A DNA stretch of 64,000 nucleotides from Elusimicrobiota bacterium. GTDB taxonomy: Bacteria; Elusimicrobiota; Elusimicrobia; UBA1565. The notes beneath the pieces are model-generated. The model made no database searches, was not told the origin of the DNA, and was given only the letters and a program-made list of their open reading frames with translations. Below, one piece after another: positions 47,971-56,708 of the stretch; position 1 is the first letter of the stretch; each line of letters starts with the position of its first letter. Where the stretch lies: NCBI GenBank assembly GCA_043819795.1, contig JBDREN010000049.1, positions 2,379 to 66,378 of the forward strand, given 5' to 3'. The translations under genes and the position numbers were made by a program.

Positions 47971-48010
47971 AGAACCATAGCATACGTTTCCAGCCGCCGG
48001 GAGTTGATAT

Positions 48011-49369
48011 ATGCAGTTTGAAGGCCAAGGTCGTTTTTTCGAGACCATCCTCCGTTGTGTCGCTGACGGCGTGTTCACGGTGGACCGCGACTGGCGTATC
48101 ACCTCCTTCAATAAGGCGGCCGAGCGCATCACGGGCATGAGCGCCCGGCAGGCCATGGGCAAGAGATGCTCCGAAGTCTTTCACGCGGACCTCTGCGGTG
48201 ACGGCTGCGCCATCAGGCGGGCTCTCGAGACCAAACGCGAGGTCATCGAGCAGCCGGCCAATATCCGCGACCAGCGCGGCAGGGCGATCCCGATAAGCAT
48301 CAGCGCGGCCGTGCTTCGGGGGGAGGACGGGACCGTCCTCGGCGGGGTCGAGACGTTCCGCGACCTGTCGGCCATCGAGCAGCTCAGGCGCGAGATCCGG
48401 AGCCAGTACACCTTCGAGGAGATCGTCGGCAAGAGCGAGGCTTTCCAGAAGGTGTTCTCCATCCTGCCGGACGTCGCCGCCAGCGAGAGCACGGTCCTCA
48501 TCGAAGGCCCGAGCGGCTCCGGCAAACAGCTCCTGGCGCGGACCATACACAACCTGAGCCCCCGCCGGGATCGGCCTTACGTCGTGGCGAACTGCGGGAT
48601 GATGCCGTCCGGCCGCTGCGCGTCCGAGCTTTTCGGCCACGTGCGAGGCGCCTTCAAGGACGCCAAGGGGGACCGGCTCGGCCGCATCGCGCAGGCCGAA
48701 GGGGGGACCATCTTCCTGGACGAGATCGGCGACCTGTCGATGGAGAGCCAGGTCAGGCTCCTCAAGGTCCTTCGGGACGGAGAATACGAGCCGCTGGGCG
48801 GCGTCAGTCCCCGGCGCGCCGATGTGCGCGTGGTCGCTGCCACGAGCAAGAGCCTGCCGGATCTGGTCGGGCGGGGGCTTTTCCGCGACGATCTCTACTT
48901 CCGCCTGGCGGTGGTGCGGCTGAGCATACCGCCCCTGTCCGAGCGGCGCGAGGACATCCCCTGCCTGGTCGAGCACTTCGTCCAGCGCTTCAACGCCAAG
49001 CGCGGCAAGAGCATCCAGGGGGTGACGCCCGCGGCCATGGAGCTTCTCATGCGCCATGGTTTTCCCGGGAACGTGCGCGAGCTGGAGAACCTGATCGAAT
49101 GCGGCTTCGCTCTATGCCACGGCGGATGGATGGACGTCGGCCATCTGCCCGAGGATCTGAGGCCGTCGCGGCGGCCGGGCGCCGCCGGGCGCCGCCTCGA
49201 GGGCGCGTCCCTGCTCCGGCACATCGAGGCGGACGCGGTCCGCGCCTCCTTGGGGCGGAACGCGGGCCATCTCGGCCGCACGGCCGAGGAGCTGGGCATC
49301 AGCCGGACCACGTTGTGGCGCAAGATGAACAAGTACGCCATCGAAGCGGACGAGTTCCGGGCCGGTTGA
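48011..49369 (+). CDS. Sigma-54-dependent transcriptional activator with N-terminal PAS sensor (no receiver domain) and C-terminal Fis-type HTH
   Basis: PAS (VFTVDRDWRITSFNKAAERITG) with a Cys cluster (CSEVFHADLCGDGC). AAA+ sigma-54 interaction domain (LIEGPSGSGKQLLA, GAFKDA, ESQVRLLKVL...FRDDLYFRL). HTH_8 (ELGISRTTLWRKMNKY). Confidence 0.85.
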   Translation: MQFEGQGRFFETILRCVADGVFTVDRDWRITSFNKAAERITGMSARQAMGKRCSEVFHADLCGDGCAIRRALETKREVIEQPANIRDQRGRAIPISISAAVLRGEDGTVLGGVETFRDLSAIEQLRREIRSQYTFEEIVGKSEAFQKVFSILPDVAASESTVLIEGPSGSGKQLLARTIHNLSPRRDRPYVVANCGMMPSGRCASELFGHVRGAFKDAKGDRLGRIAQAEGGTIFLDEIGDLSMESQVRLLKVLRDGEYEPLGGVSPRRADVRVVAATSKSLPDLVGRGLFRDDLYFRLAVVRLSIPPLSERREDIPCLVEHFVQRFNAKRGKSIQGVTPAAMELLMRHGFPGNVRELENLIECGFALCHGGWMDVGHLPEDLRPSRRPGAAGRRLEGASLLRHIEADAVRASLGRNAGHLGRTAEELGISRTTLWRKMNKYAIEADEFRAG

Positions 49370-49388
49370 CCCGGGGGGAGAGAACGCG

Positions 49389-50762
49389 GTGAGCACCCAA
49401 AGGAAATACAGCTACTTCGTCGAGCCCAAGGCGCTCGAGGTCGCGGAGCGTCCGCGAAAATTCCTCATGGCATTCGCGGCCGTGCTGAAGAACGCCAGCT
49501 ACGGGCTGGCGCTCGATACGTACGCGCGCCTGAGCACCAAATGCGGGCGTTGCGTGGCCTCCTGTCAGCTCTATCAGACCACGCGCGAGGAGCGGGACAT
49601 CCCCTGCCATCGCTCCGAGCTCCTGCTGCGGGTGTACCGGCGGTACTTCACGCATTCGGGCCGCCTCAAGGCCAAGATATTCAGCGGTTTCGAGTTGACG
49701 GACGCCTACTTGGACGAGATGGGCGAGGCCTACTACCGCTGCACCGCCTGCCGGCGGTGCAAGGCCACCTGCCCCATGGGCATCGACCACGCCCTGGTCA
49801 CTCATCTGGCCCGGTGGCTGCTCTCGGAGATCGACGTCATCCCCAAGGCGCTGTTGGTGGCGACGCGCGAGCAGCTCGAGGGCGTCGGCAATACCTCGGC
49901 CATCCCGGTCCCCGCGCTCAAGGACACCTGCGAGTTTCTGGAGGAGGAGCTCAAGGAGATCACCGGCGTGGACATCAAGTTCCCCATGGATGTCGAGGGC
50001 GCCGAGTACGTCTTCTTCCCGGCGGTCTCGGACTATCTGCTCGAGGCGGACACCCTCATGGGCAACGCGGCCGTCATGCACGTCACCGGCGGGTCGTGGA
50101 CCATCGGCACGGGCAACTACGACGGCATCAACTACGGCCTGTTCTACAGCGATCGCATGATGGAGCGGATCGTCAACAACGTCGTCAAGGAGGTCCGCCG
50201 CCTCAAGGGGAGGAAGGTCCTCGTCGGCGAATGCGGCCACGCCACTCGCAGCGCCTGGTACGTGCCGGCCTTCGGCGGCCCGGACGCGCCGCCGGTGGTC
50301 AATTGCTTGCAGTACGCCCACCGGATGCTCGAGGCCGGGAAGCTCCCCCTGAAGAAAGAGCTTATCAAGGAGCGGGTCACCTATCACGATCCGTGCAATA
50401 TCGCCAGGAGCGGGCGGATCACCGAGGAGCCTCGGGAGCTCCTTAAGGCTATCTGCGGGGACTTCGTGGAGATGACGCCGAACCGCGCGGAGAACTACTG
50501 CTGCGGCGGAGGCGGCGGCACGGTCTCCATCGACGAGATCCGGGCTTTCCGCACGGGTCTCATGGGAAAGCGCAAGGCGGATCAGATCCGCGCGACCGGC
50601 GCCAAATACGTCGTGTCGCCCTGCGCCAACTGCAAGAAACAGCTCCGCGAGGTCTGCGAGGACAACGGCCTCAACGAGGTCGAGGTCGTGGGCCTGCACG
50701 ACCTGCTGCTGAAGGCGATCGACTTCGGGGTCCCCGAGAAGAAAGGAGAGGACGATGGGTGA
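49389..50762 (+). CDS. DsrK/HdrD/HmcF-like iron-sulfur oxidoreductase (CCG-domain protein)
   Basis: Ferredoxin-type CxxCxxCxxxCP motifs (CGRCVASCQ; CTACRRCKATCP) and C-terminal CCG-domain motifs (PCNIA...YCCGGGGG...SPCANC). Confidence 0.75.
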   Translation: MSTQRKYSYFVEPKALEVAERPRKFLMAFAAVLKNASYGLALDTYARLSTKCGRCVASCQLYQTTREERDIPCHRSELLLRVYRRYFTHSGRLKAKIFSGFELTDAYLDEMGEAYYRCTACRRCKATCPMGIDHALVTHLARWLLSEIDVIPKALLVATREQLEGVGNTSAIPVPALKDTCEFLEEELKEITGVDIKFPMDVEGAEYVFFPAVSDYLLEADTLMGNAAVMHVTGGSWTIGTGNYDGINYGLFYSDRMMERIVNNVVKEVRRLKGRKVLVGECGHATRSAWYVPAFGGPDAPPVVNCLQYAHRMLEAGKLPLKKELIKERVTYHDPCNIARSGRITEEPRELLKAICGDFVEMTPNRAENYCCGGGGGTVSIDEIRAFRTGLMGKRKADQIRATGAKYVVSPCANCKKQLREVCEDNGLNEVEVVGLHDLLLKAIDFGVPEKKGEDDG

Positions 50763-51465
50763 GCTAGAGATCTGGACCGAGTGGGCGCGCGGGCCGCTGT
50801 TCAGGGCCGCGCTGGCGTTCATGATCCTGGGCCTTCTGCGTCACGCGGCGTTGACCATATGGGAGCTGGCGGGGATCATGTACCGCGCCGGCGACAAGGC
50901 CTTCCCGTGGAGGCGGGCATTCTCCGCCACGCTAAAATGGCTTTTCCCGGTGGGGCAGATCAAGAACCGTGTCCTCTACAGCCTGACCACGCTCGGCTTC
51001 CATGCCGCCGTCATCATCGTTCCCGTTTTTCTCGCGGGCCACGTCGCGCTCTGGGAGCGGGGCACGGGCCTGTGCTGGCCGACCATCCCCAACGGCGTGG
51101 CGGACGTGCTGACGATCATGGCCGTGCTCGCGGCGGCCTTGCTCGTGGCGGAGCGCGCGGCCGCGCGGGACTCCCGGGCGCTGAGCCGCTTCCAGGACTA
51201 CGCCTTGCCCCTGCTCGTGGCCGCGCCCTTCGCGACCGGCTTCCTGGTCATGCATCCGGCTTTAAACCCGTTCGGCCATGAAGCGACGATTCTGGTCCAC
51301 GTGTTGAGCGCGGATATTCTGTTCATCCTCATCCCGCTGACCAAGCTGAGCCACATGATCCTGCTCCCGGGCACGCAGATCATCTCCGAGCTGTCCTGGC
51401 ATTTCCCGCCGGACGCCGGCAGGAAAGTGGGCGTCGATCTCGGGAAGGAGAAGCAACCCATATGA
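50755..51465 (+). CDS. DsrM/HmcE/NarI-like di-heme b membrane subunit
   Basis: Five TM helices with conserved His pairs placed as in the nitrate-reductase gamma family. Translationally coupled to flanking genes. Confidence 0.65.
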   Translation: MGELEIWTEWARGPLFRAALAFMILGLLRHAALTIWELAGIMYRAGDKAFPWRRAFSATLKWLFPVGQIKNRVLYSLTTLGFHAAVIIVPVFLAGHVALWERGTGLCWPTIPNGVADVLTIMAVLAAALLVAERAAARDSRALSRFQDYALPLLVAAPFATGFLVMHPALNPFGHEATILVHVLSADILFILIPLTKLSHMILLPGTQIISELSWHFPPDAGRKVGVDLGKEKQPI

Positions 51466-52595
51466 AGAAGCCCGTCGCCATCCTTACGGACACGACGCTC
51501 TGCACCGGCTGCGAGGAATGCGTCGCGGCGTGCAAGAAGGAGAACGGCCTGGGCGAGGATCGCCGGTGGCGCTGGCAAAGCTCCGTGAGCGAGCTTTCCG
51601 CGTCGCGCTTCACCGCAATCATCCGTCGGCCCGGCAACCGCTACGTCCGCCAGCAGTGCCGGCACTGCGTGGACCCGGCGTGCGTGAGCGCCTGCATCGT
51701 GGGCGCGCTGCGGAAGACGGAAGAAGGCGCGGTGGTCTACGACCAGGATAAGTGCATCGGCTGCCGTTACTGCATGCTGGCCTGCCCCTACGGGATCCCG
51801 CGCTACGATTGGGAGAAGCCGATCCCGTACATCAGGAAGTGCACGCTCTGCTATGACAGGCTTGAGGAGGGAAAGGCCCCCGCCTGCGTGGAGGCCTGCC
51901 CCGAGAAGGCGACGATATTCGGCTCCCGCTCCGATATGCTGGCCGAGGCCCATCGGCGCCTGAAACGGCATCCCGGGAAGTACGTCCAGAAGGTCTACGG
52001 GGAACGCGAGGTGGGGGGGACGTCGGTCCTCTACATCTCGGACATACCCCTTGATTTCCTCGGCTGGCAGACCGATCCCGGCGAGCGGCCGCTGCCGGAC
52101 CTCACGTGGGCCGCCCAAAGGAAGATCCCGGCCGCGGCTCTGGGGGTGTTCGGGCTCATGGGCGGCACCTACTGGGTCATCGGCCGGAGGATGCAGGCCG
52201 CGGCGCGGGCGGGCCTGAAAGACGCGCCCCGGGAAGGGGACGCCCCGTCCGTGGGGCACGGGCATCCGGAGCAGGGAGGGGCCCTCTCCGGCCTGAAGAC
52301 GGCCCTGTGGATGCCTCTCGGCGTGGTGGCGGCCGTGACCATCGTGCGTTTCGCGCGGAATCTGGACGCGGCCGCGAGCCTCGGGGACGGAGCCCTCTGG
52401 ACCCTGTGGCTCGCCCTCGGCGTGGCGGGAGGCACCGGTCTCGGGGCGGGGATCCATTGGCTCGCCGCCCGCCGCAAGAAGGCGCCGGAGGAGGACGCGG
52501 AGCCCGAGGAAGGAACTCCCACCCCGCCCGTCCAGGCGTCGAAGACTTCCGTTCCCAAGCAGATCGCGGGCGACGGCGGCCCGAAGGAGCGATAG
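51462..52595 (+). CDS. DsrO/HmcB/PsrB-like four-cluster [4Fe-4S] ferredoxin-type subunit with C-terminal membrane anchor
   Basis: Four CxxCxxCxxxC(P) motifs (CTGCEECVAAC, CRHCVDPACVSAC, CIGCRYCMLACP, CTLC...ACVEACP) and 2-3 C-terminal TM helices. No obvious Tat signal. Confidence 0.7.
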   Translation: MKKPVAILTDTTLCTGCEECVAACKKENGLGEDRRWRWQSSVSELSASRFTAIIRRPGNRYVRQQCRHCVDPACVSACIVGALRKTEEGAVVYDQDKCIGCRYCMLACPYGIPRYDWEKPIPYIRKCTLCYDRLEEGKAPACVEACPEKATIFGSRSDMLAEAHRRLKRHPGKYVQKVYGEREVGGTSVLYISDIPLDFLGWQTDPGERPLPDLTWAAQRKIPAAALGVFGLMGGTYWVIGRRMQAAARAGLKDAPREGDAPSVGHGHPEQGGALSGLKTALWMPLGVVAAVTIVRFARNLDAAASLGDGALWTLWLALGVAGGTGLGAGIHWLAARRKKAPEEDAEPEEGTPTPPVQASKTSVPKQIAGDGGPKER

Positions 52596-52599
52596 GGCG

Positions 52600-54561
52600 A
52601 TGATGCCTCTGAGAAGAATCAAGAGCCTGCTCTGGTTCGTCCTGGGCGCGGGCATGGTGACCATCGCCGCGCGGCTGCTCACCGGGCTCGGCGCGGTCAC
52701 CAACCTGTCCCACAACGTTTCCTGGGGCCTGTGGAACGCGGTCAAGATCAGCATCGTGCCCCTCTCGGCCGGAGGGTTCGTTTTGGCTGCGATCGTCTAC
52801 GTCTTCCATATGGAGAGGTTCCGTCCCGTGCTCCGTTTGGCCATCCTTACGGGGTTTTTGGGCTACTCGACCTTCGCCACGATGCTCATGTTCGATATCG
52901 GGGTGCCCTACCGGATATGGCATCCCATGGTCTACTGGCAGCACCATTCCGTGCTCTTCGAAGTGGCGTGGTGCGTGATGCTGTATCTGACCGTGCTGGC
53001 CCTCGAGTTCTTGCCCAACGTGCTGGAGCATCCTCTGCTGAAGCACCCCCTGCTCCAGAAGGGATACAAGCTCCTGAAGAGCGCGACCGTACCCCTGGTG
53101 ACCGCGGGGATCGTGCTGTCCACGCTGCACCAGTCGTCGTTGGGCTCGCTGTTTTTGATCGTCCCCCACCGTCTCGATCCCTTATGGTACAGCCCGCTGA
53201 TACACGCGCTCTTCCTGGTCTCCGCCGTCGGGATGGGGCTTCTGGTGATCGCCGTGGAGGCGGTCCTGATCGAGCGTCTCTACGGCGTCAAGGCGCCGCT
53301 GGACGTCCTCGCCCCTTTGGCCCGCGCGGGCGCGGTGGTGATGGCCCTCTTCTTGGCCGTCAGGCTGGCCGACCAGGTCGCTCGCGGGGTGCTCCCGGGT
53401 GCTCTGAGCACATCTCCGATGGCGGCGGCATTCGTCCTTGAGACTCTGATCGCCTCGATCGTGCCGCTGCTGCTTCTGCGCAGGAGCGTCCGCGAGAGCC
53501 GCGGGGGCCTGTTCGCCTGCTCTCTTTCCGCGGTGCTGGGAGTCGTCTGGTACAGGTCGAACGTCGCCTTGCTGGCCATCGACTGGGGCGAGGCGGCCTA
53601 TTTCCCGGCGTGGACCGAGTTCGCCCTGTGCTTCGGCATACTGGCCGGGTCGGGCTTGGTGTTCTTCTTGCTGCTGGAGAACCTGGACATTTATTACGGG
53701 CCGGCCGCATCCGGCCGTGACCGCGAGCCGCAGGTGCCGGGGTTGGCGTTCGAGGCTTGGCTGGCGGACGCGAGGATCACCGCGGCCAGGCGCTATTCCC
53801 TGTTCATCGTGGCGGGCGCGGCGGCGGCCGTCTTGTTTCTCCCCGAGGGCACGGTGTTCGGAGCCAGGCCCGCGGACACGCCGGCGGCGCAGGCCCGGCG
53901 GGTCCGGGGCTTGTCGGTCCGGACCGGCGGCGGACGCGTCAGCACGCTGCGCCTCGGCGAGAGGCCGGTCCCCGCTAAGGGCCGAGTGAAGCGCCTGCCG
54001 CTTTACCTGATTGACGGCGACCGCGATGAGGACGCGGTCCTCTTCGATCACGCGGGCCATGTCAAGCGGGCGGGCGGCGAGAAGCGCTGCGGGGTGTGCC
54101 ATCACCTGAACATGCCGCTCGACGAGAACACCTCCTGCCATGAATGTCATCGCGACATGTACGAGCCCGCCTCCGTGTTCAGCCACGCATCGCATGTGCG
54201 CGAACTCGGGGGGAACGCGGGCTGCGTCAAGTGCCATGAGGATCCTCTCGTGGTGAAGGACCGCCGGACGGCCGTCGCTTGCGGGGAATGCCACTCCGAT
54301 TCGGCGGCAAAGGGCTCCTTCGTCGAGGCGCCGGGGCCGAGGTGGGGGGCCGCGCCGGGCTACGCGGACGCGATGCACGGCCTCTGCGAGAGTTGTCATA
54401 AGAAGAAGGCGAAAGAAGAGCCGGGCCGTTATCCCGCGGCGCTGGGGCGTTGCGCCGCCTGCCACGATACGGACCGCCCCATGGATATCCGTCGGATGGC
54501 GCCGCGAAGTGATAGAATGCGGGCCATGCGCGCCGAGGAACGCGGGCTCTCGGGCGGCTGA
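52600..54561 (+). CDS. NrfD/PsrC/DsrP-like polytopic membrane subunit fused to a C-terminal hexaheme cytochrome c domain (DsrJ/HmcA-like)
   Basis: ~10 TM helices of the NrfD family over ~430 aa, then a soluble C-terminal domain with six CxxCH motifs (CGVCH, CHECH, CVKCH, CGECH, CESCH, CAACH). Confidence 0.7.
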   Translation: MMPLRRIKSLLWFVLGAGMVTIAARLLTGLGAVTNLSHNVSWGLWNAVKISIVPLSAGGFVLAAIVYVFHMERFRPVLRLAILTGFLGYSTFATMLMFDIGVPYRIWHPMVYWQHHSVLFEVAWCVMLYLTVLALEFLPNVLEHPLLKHPLLQKGYKLLKSATVPLVTAGIVLSTLHQSSLGSLFLIVPHRLDPLWYSPLIHALFLVSAVGMGLLVIAVEAVLIERLYGVKAPLDVLAPLARAGAVVMALFLAVRLADQVARGVLPGALSTSPMAAAFVLETLIASIVPLLLLRRSVRESRGGLFACSLSAVLGVVWYRSNVALLAIDWGEAAYFPAWTEFALCFGILAGSGLVFFLLLENLDIYYGPAASGRDREPQVPGLAFEAWLADARITAARRYSLFIVAGAAAAVLFLPEGTVFGARPADTPAAQARRVRGLSVRTGGGRVSTLRLGERPVPAKGRVKRLPLYLIDGDRDEDAVLFDHAGHVKRAGGEKRCGVCHHLNMPLDENTSCHECHRDMYEPASVFSHASHVRELGGNAGCVKCHEDPLVVKDRRTAVACGECHSDSAAKGSFVEAPGPRWGAAPGYADAMHGLCESCHKKKAKEEPGRYPAALGRCAACHDTDRPMDIRRMAPRSDRMRAMRAEERGLSGG

Positions 54562-54565
54562 AACC

Positions 54566-55681
54566 ATGGCCCCCAAAGAGATAGAAAGCTGGCTTCGATC
54601 GAGCCTCTTTAACGAGGTCCCGGTGAGCATCTGCGTGATCGACCGGGGTTTCCGGATCATCGAGGCGAACCGGAGGTTCAGGGAGGAATACGGCCCCTGG
54701 AAGGACCGGGCGTGCCACGAGGTCTGCAAGGGTCTGGAGGAGCCCTGCGAGCGTTGCGGCGCGGTCAAGACCTTCTCGGACGGGCGCGTGCGCAACCGGG
54801 AGGAGACGGGAGCGGGCGGGAAGCACTACCTGGTGCACATGGTCCCCATCACCACCGACGGCGGGGATATCTCCTACGTCATCGAGACGTTCACGGATAT
54901 CACGCAGGTGAAGCAGCTGGAGGGCGAGAAGCGCGAAGCCGAGCGTCTGGCCGCCGTCGGCGAGACCGTGGCCGGCATCGCCCACGGCATGAAGAACGTG
55001 CTTACCGGGCTCGAAGGCGGCGTCTATGCCGTCAATACGGGCATCCAGCATGGCGACGACGAGAGGATCACCGAAGGCTGGGCCATGCTCGAGGAGAATA
55101 TCGCGCGCATCTCGGAGTTTGTCAAGGAGTTCCTGGCTTTCTCCAAGGGGCGCATCGCGCGGGTGGCCTTCGTGGACCCCAACGCCCCGGCGCGGGCGGT
55201 CTTTGAGCTCTTCCGGGAGAAGGCCGCGCAGGCGGGCATCGAGCTGAAGGCGGACCTGCAAGAGGGGATTCCTCCCGCGCCCCTGGACGAGCAGGGGATC
55301 CACGCCTGCCTGGCCAACCTCGTATCGAACGCCCTGGACGCCTGCTCCATGGGCGAGCAGCGGCGCGCGTGCGTGGTGACGATTCGCTCCCGGGAGCGCA
55401 GCGGGACGCTAGTGTACGAGGTTGCGGACAACGGCCGCGGGATGGACTACGAGATCAGTAGGAAAGTGTTTTCGAGGTTCTTCAGCACGAAGGGCTCGGA
55501 CCGGGGCACGGGTCTGGGGCTGCTCACCACTAAGAAGACCATCCACCAGCACGGCGGCCGGGTCTCGTTCAGCTCCGAGGAGAGCAGGGGCTCGGTGTTC
55601 CGCATCGAGCTTCCCCGGGAAAGACTGCCCAAGCCGGGCGGGAAGCCCGCCCAACGACAGGCCGCGGAAGGAGACGCCTGA
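54566..55681 (+). CDS. PAS-domain sensor histidine kinase (cytoplasmic; PAS with Cys4 cluster)
   Basis: PAS (ICVIDRGFRIIEANRRF) with CHEVCKGLEEPCERC. H-box AHGMKNVL, N/G boxes (LVSNALDA, GTGLGL). Start set at ATG 54566. Confidence 0.8.
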   Translation: MAPKEIESWLRSSLFNEVPVSICVIDRGFRIIEANRRFREEYGPWKDRACHEVCKGLEEPCERCGAVKTFSDGRVRNREETGAGGKHYLVHMVPITTDGGDISYVIETFTDITQVKQLEGEKREAERLAAVGETVAGIAHGMKNVLTGLEGGVYAVNTGIQHGDDERITEGWAMLEENIARISEFVKEFLAFSKGRIARVAFVDPNAPARAVFELFREKAAQAGIELKADLQEGIPPAPLDEQGIHACLANLVSNALDACSMGEQRRACVVTIRSRERSGTLVYEVADNGRGMDYEISRKVFSRFFSTKGSDRGTGLGLLTTKKTIHQHGGRVSFSSEESRGSVFRIELPRERLPKPGGKPAQRQAAEGDA

Positions 55682-56229
55682 TGGACAAAGAGAACGCCAA
55701 AGGACGCGCCGAGGATAAGACCGTACTCGTGGTCGATGACGAGCCGAACGTGCGCCGCCACCTGGCCCACATCCTAGAGGACGCCGGCTTCAAGGTCCTT
55801 ACGGCCTCCGATGGGGATGAGGCCCTGAAGACCATCCGGGAGCGGCGCCCGGACATCATCTCGCTCGACCTGGTCATGCCGCGCAAGAGCGGGCGCCGGC
55901 TGCTCTACGAGCTGAAGAAGGATAAGGAGCTCTCCCGCATCCCGGTGGTCATCGTCACCGCGCACGCCCAGGACGAGCTGGGCCAGAGCGACATGGAAGC
56001 CATCAGGGAGAGCATGATCATATCGGGCCCGGGCTTCTATCTGGAGAAGCCGGTTAGGCCCATGGACTACGTGCGCTGCATCCAGGAAGCCCTGGGCATC
56101 GAAGTGGCGGATCAAGCCGCGGACAAAGTCAGCCTCAAGGACGAGCTGAAGCGGCAGATGCAGGGGGCGGAGCCGCACGCGCTGCGCCGCGCCCTCGAGG
56201 CGTTGAGAAAGAAAGGCCCGCCGCGCTAG
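55681..56229 (+). CDS. Response regulator, receiver domain with C-terminal extension (no DNA-binding domain recognised)
   Basis: VLVVDDEPNVRRHL...DIISLDLVMPRKSG...VVIVTAH receiver signature. Confidence 0.75.
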   Translation: MDKENAKGRAEDKTVLVVDDEPNVRRHLAHILEDAGFKVLTASDGDEALKTIRERRPDIISLDLVMPRKSGRRLLYELKKDKELSRIPVVIVTAHAQDELGQSDMEAIRESMIISGPGFYLEKPVRPMDYVRCIQEALGIEVADQAADKVSLKDELKRQMQGAEPHALRRALEALRKKGPPR

Positions 56230-56248
56230 AGGGCCGAGGAGACCTGCG

Positions 56249-56602
56249 ATGGCGAAGAAGATCCTGATCGTCGAAGACGAGCCGCACGTCGTGAAGTATC
56301 TCGAGATGTTCCTCCACGACGCGGGCTTCCAGACGGTATCCGCGAGCGACGGTCAGACGGGTCTGGAGCTGGCCAAGCGCGAGAAGCCGGACCTGGTGAT
56401 CCTGGACCTTATGATGCCGAAGAAGACGGGGACGGACTTCTACCGGAAGCTCTCCAGGGACAAGGAGCTCGGCGATACCCCCGTCATCGTGGTCAGCGGT
56501 CTGGCCGGCCGAGATCTCGTCGTCAGGAAGCCTGCGGCGGTGTTCGACAAGCCCCCGGACCGCGAGGGGCTCATCGCCGCCATCAAGAAAGCCCTCCCGT
56601 AG
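56249..56602 (+). CDS. Single-domain response regulator (CheY-like)
   Basis: ILIVEDEPHVVKYL...DLVILDLMMPKKTG..PVIVVSG. Confidence 0.8.
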   Translation: MAKKILIVEDEPHVVKYLEMFLHDAGFQTVSASDGQTGLELAKREKPDLVILDLMMPKKTGTDFYRKLSRDKELGDTPVIVVSGLAGRDLVVRKPAAVFDKPPDREGLIAAIKKALP

Positions 56603-56651
56603 AGCCCCGGCTTCTGGAGCTTGCCCGGAGCAGGTATCCGGGCGACCGCCC

Positions 56652-56676
56652 CGGCAGGAACGTTGCGTGCTATAAT
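56652..56676 (+). promoter_or_regulatory. Candidate sigma-54 (-24/-12) promoter cGGcaggaacgttGCg overlapping a TATAAT box, upstream of the hydrogenase operon
   Basis: GG at 56653-56654 and GC at 56665-56666, separated by exactly 10 nt (consensus TGGCAC-N5-TTGCA). TATAAT at 56671-56676. A sigma-54 activator is encoded at 48011. Confidence 0.4.
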
Positions 56677-56708
56677 CCTGTGAGAACGCGGCGCCGGGGG
56701 GAAGTCCG

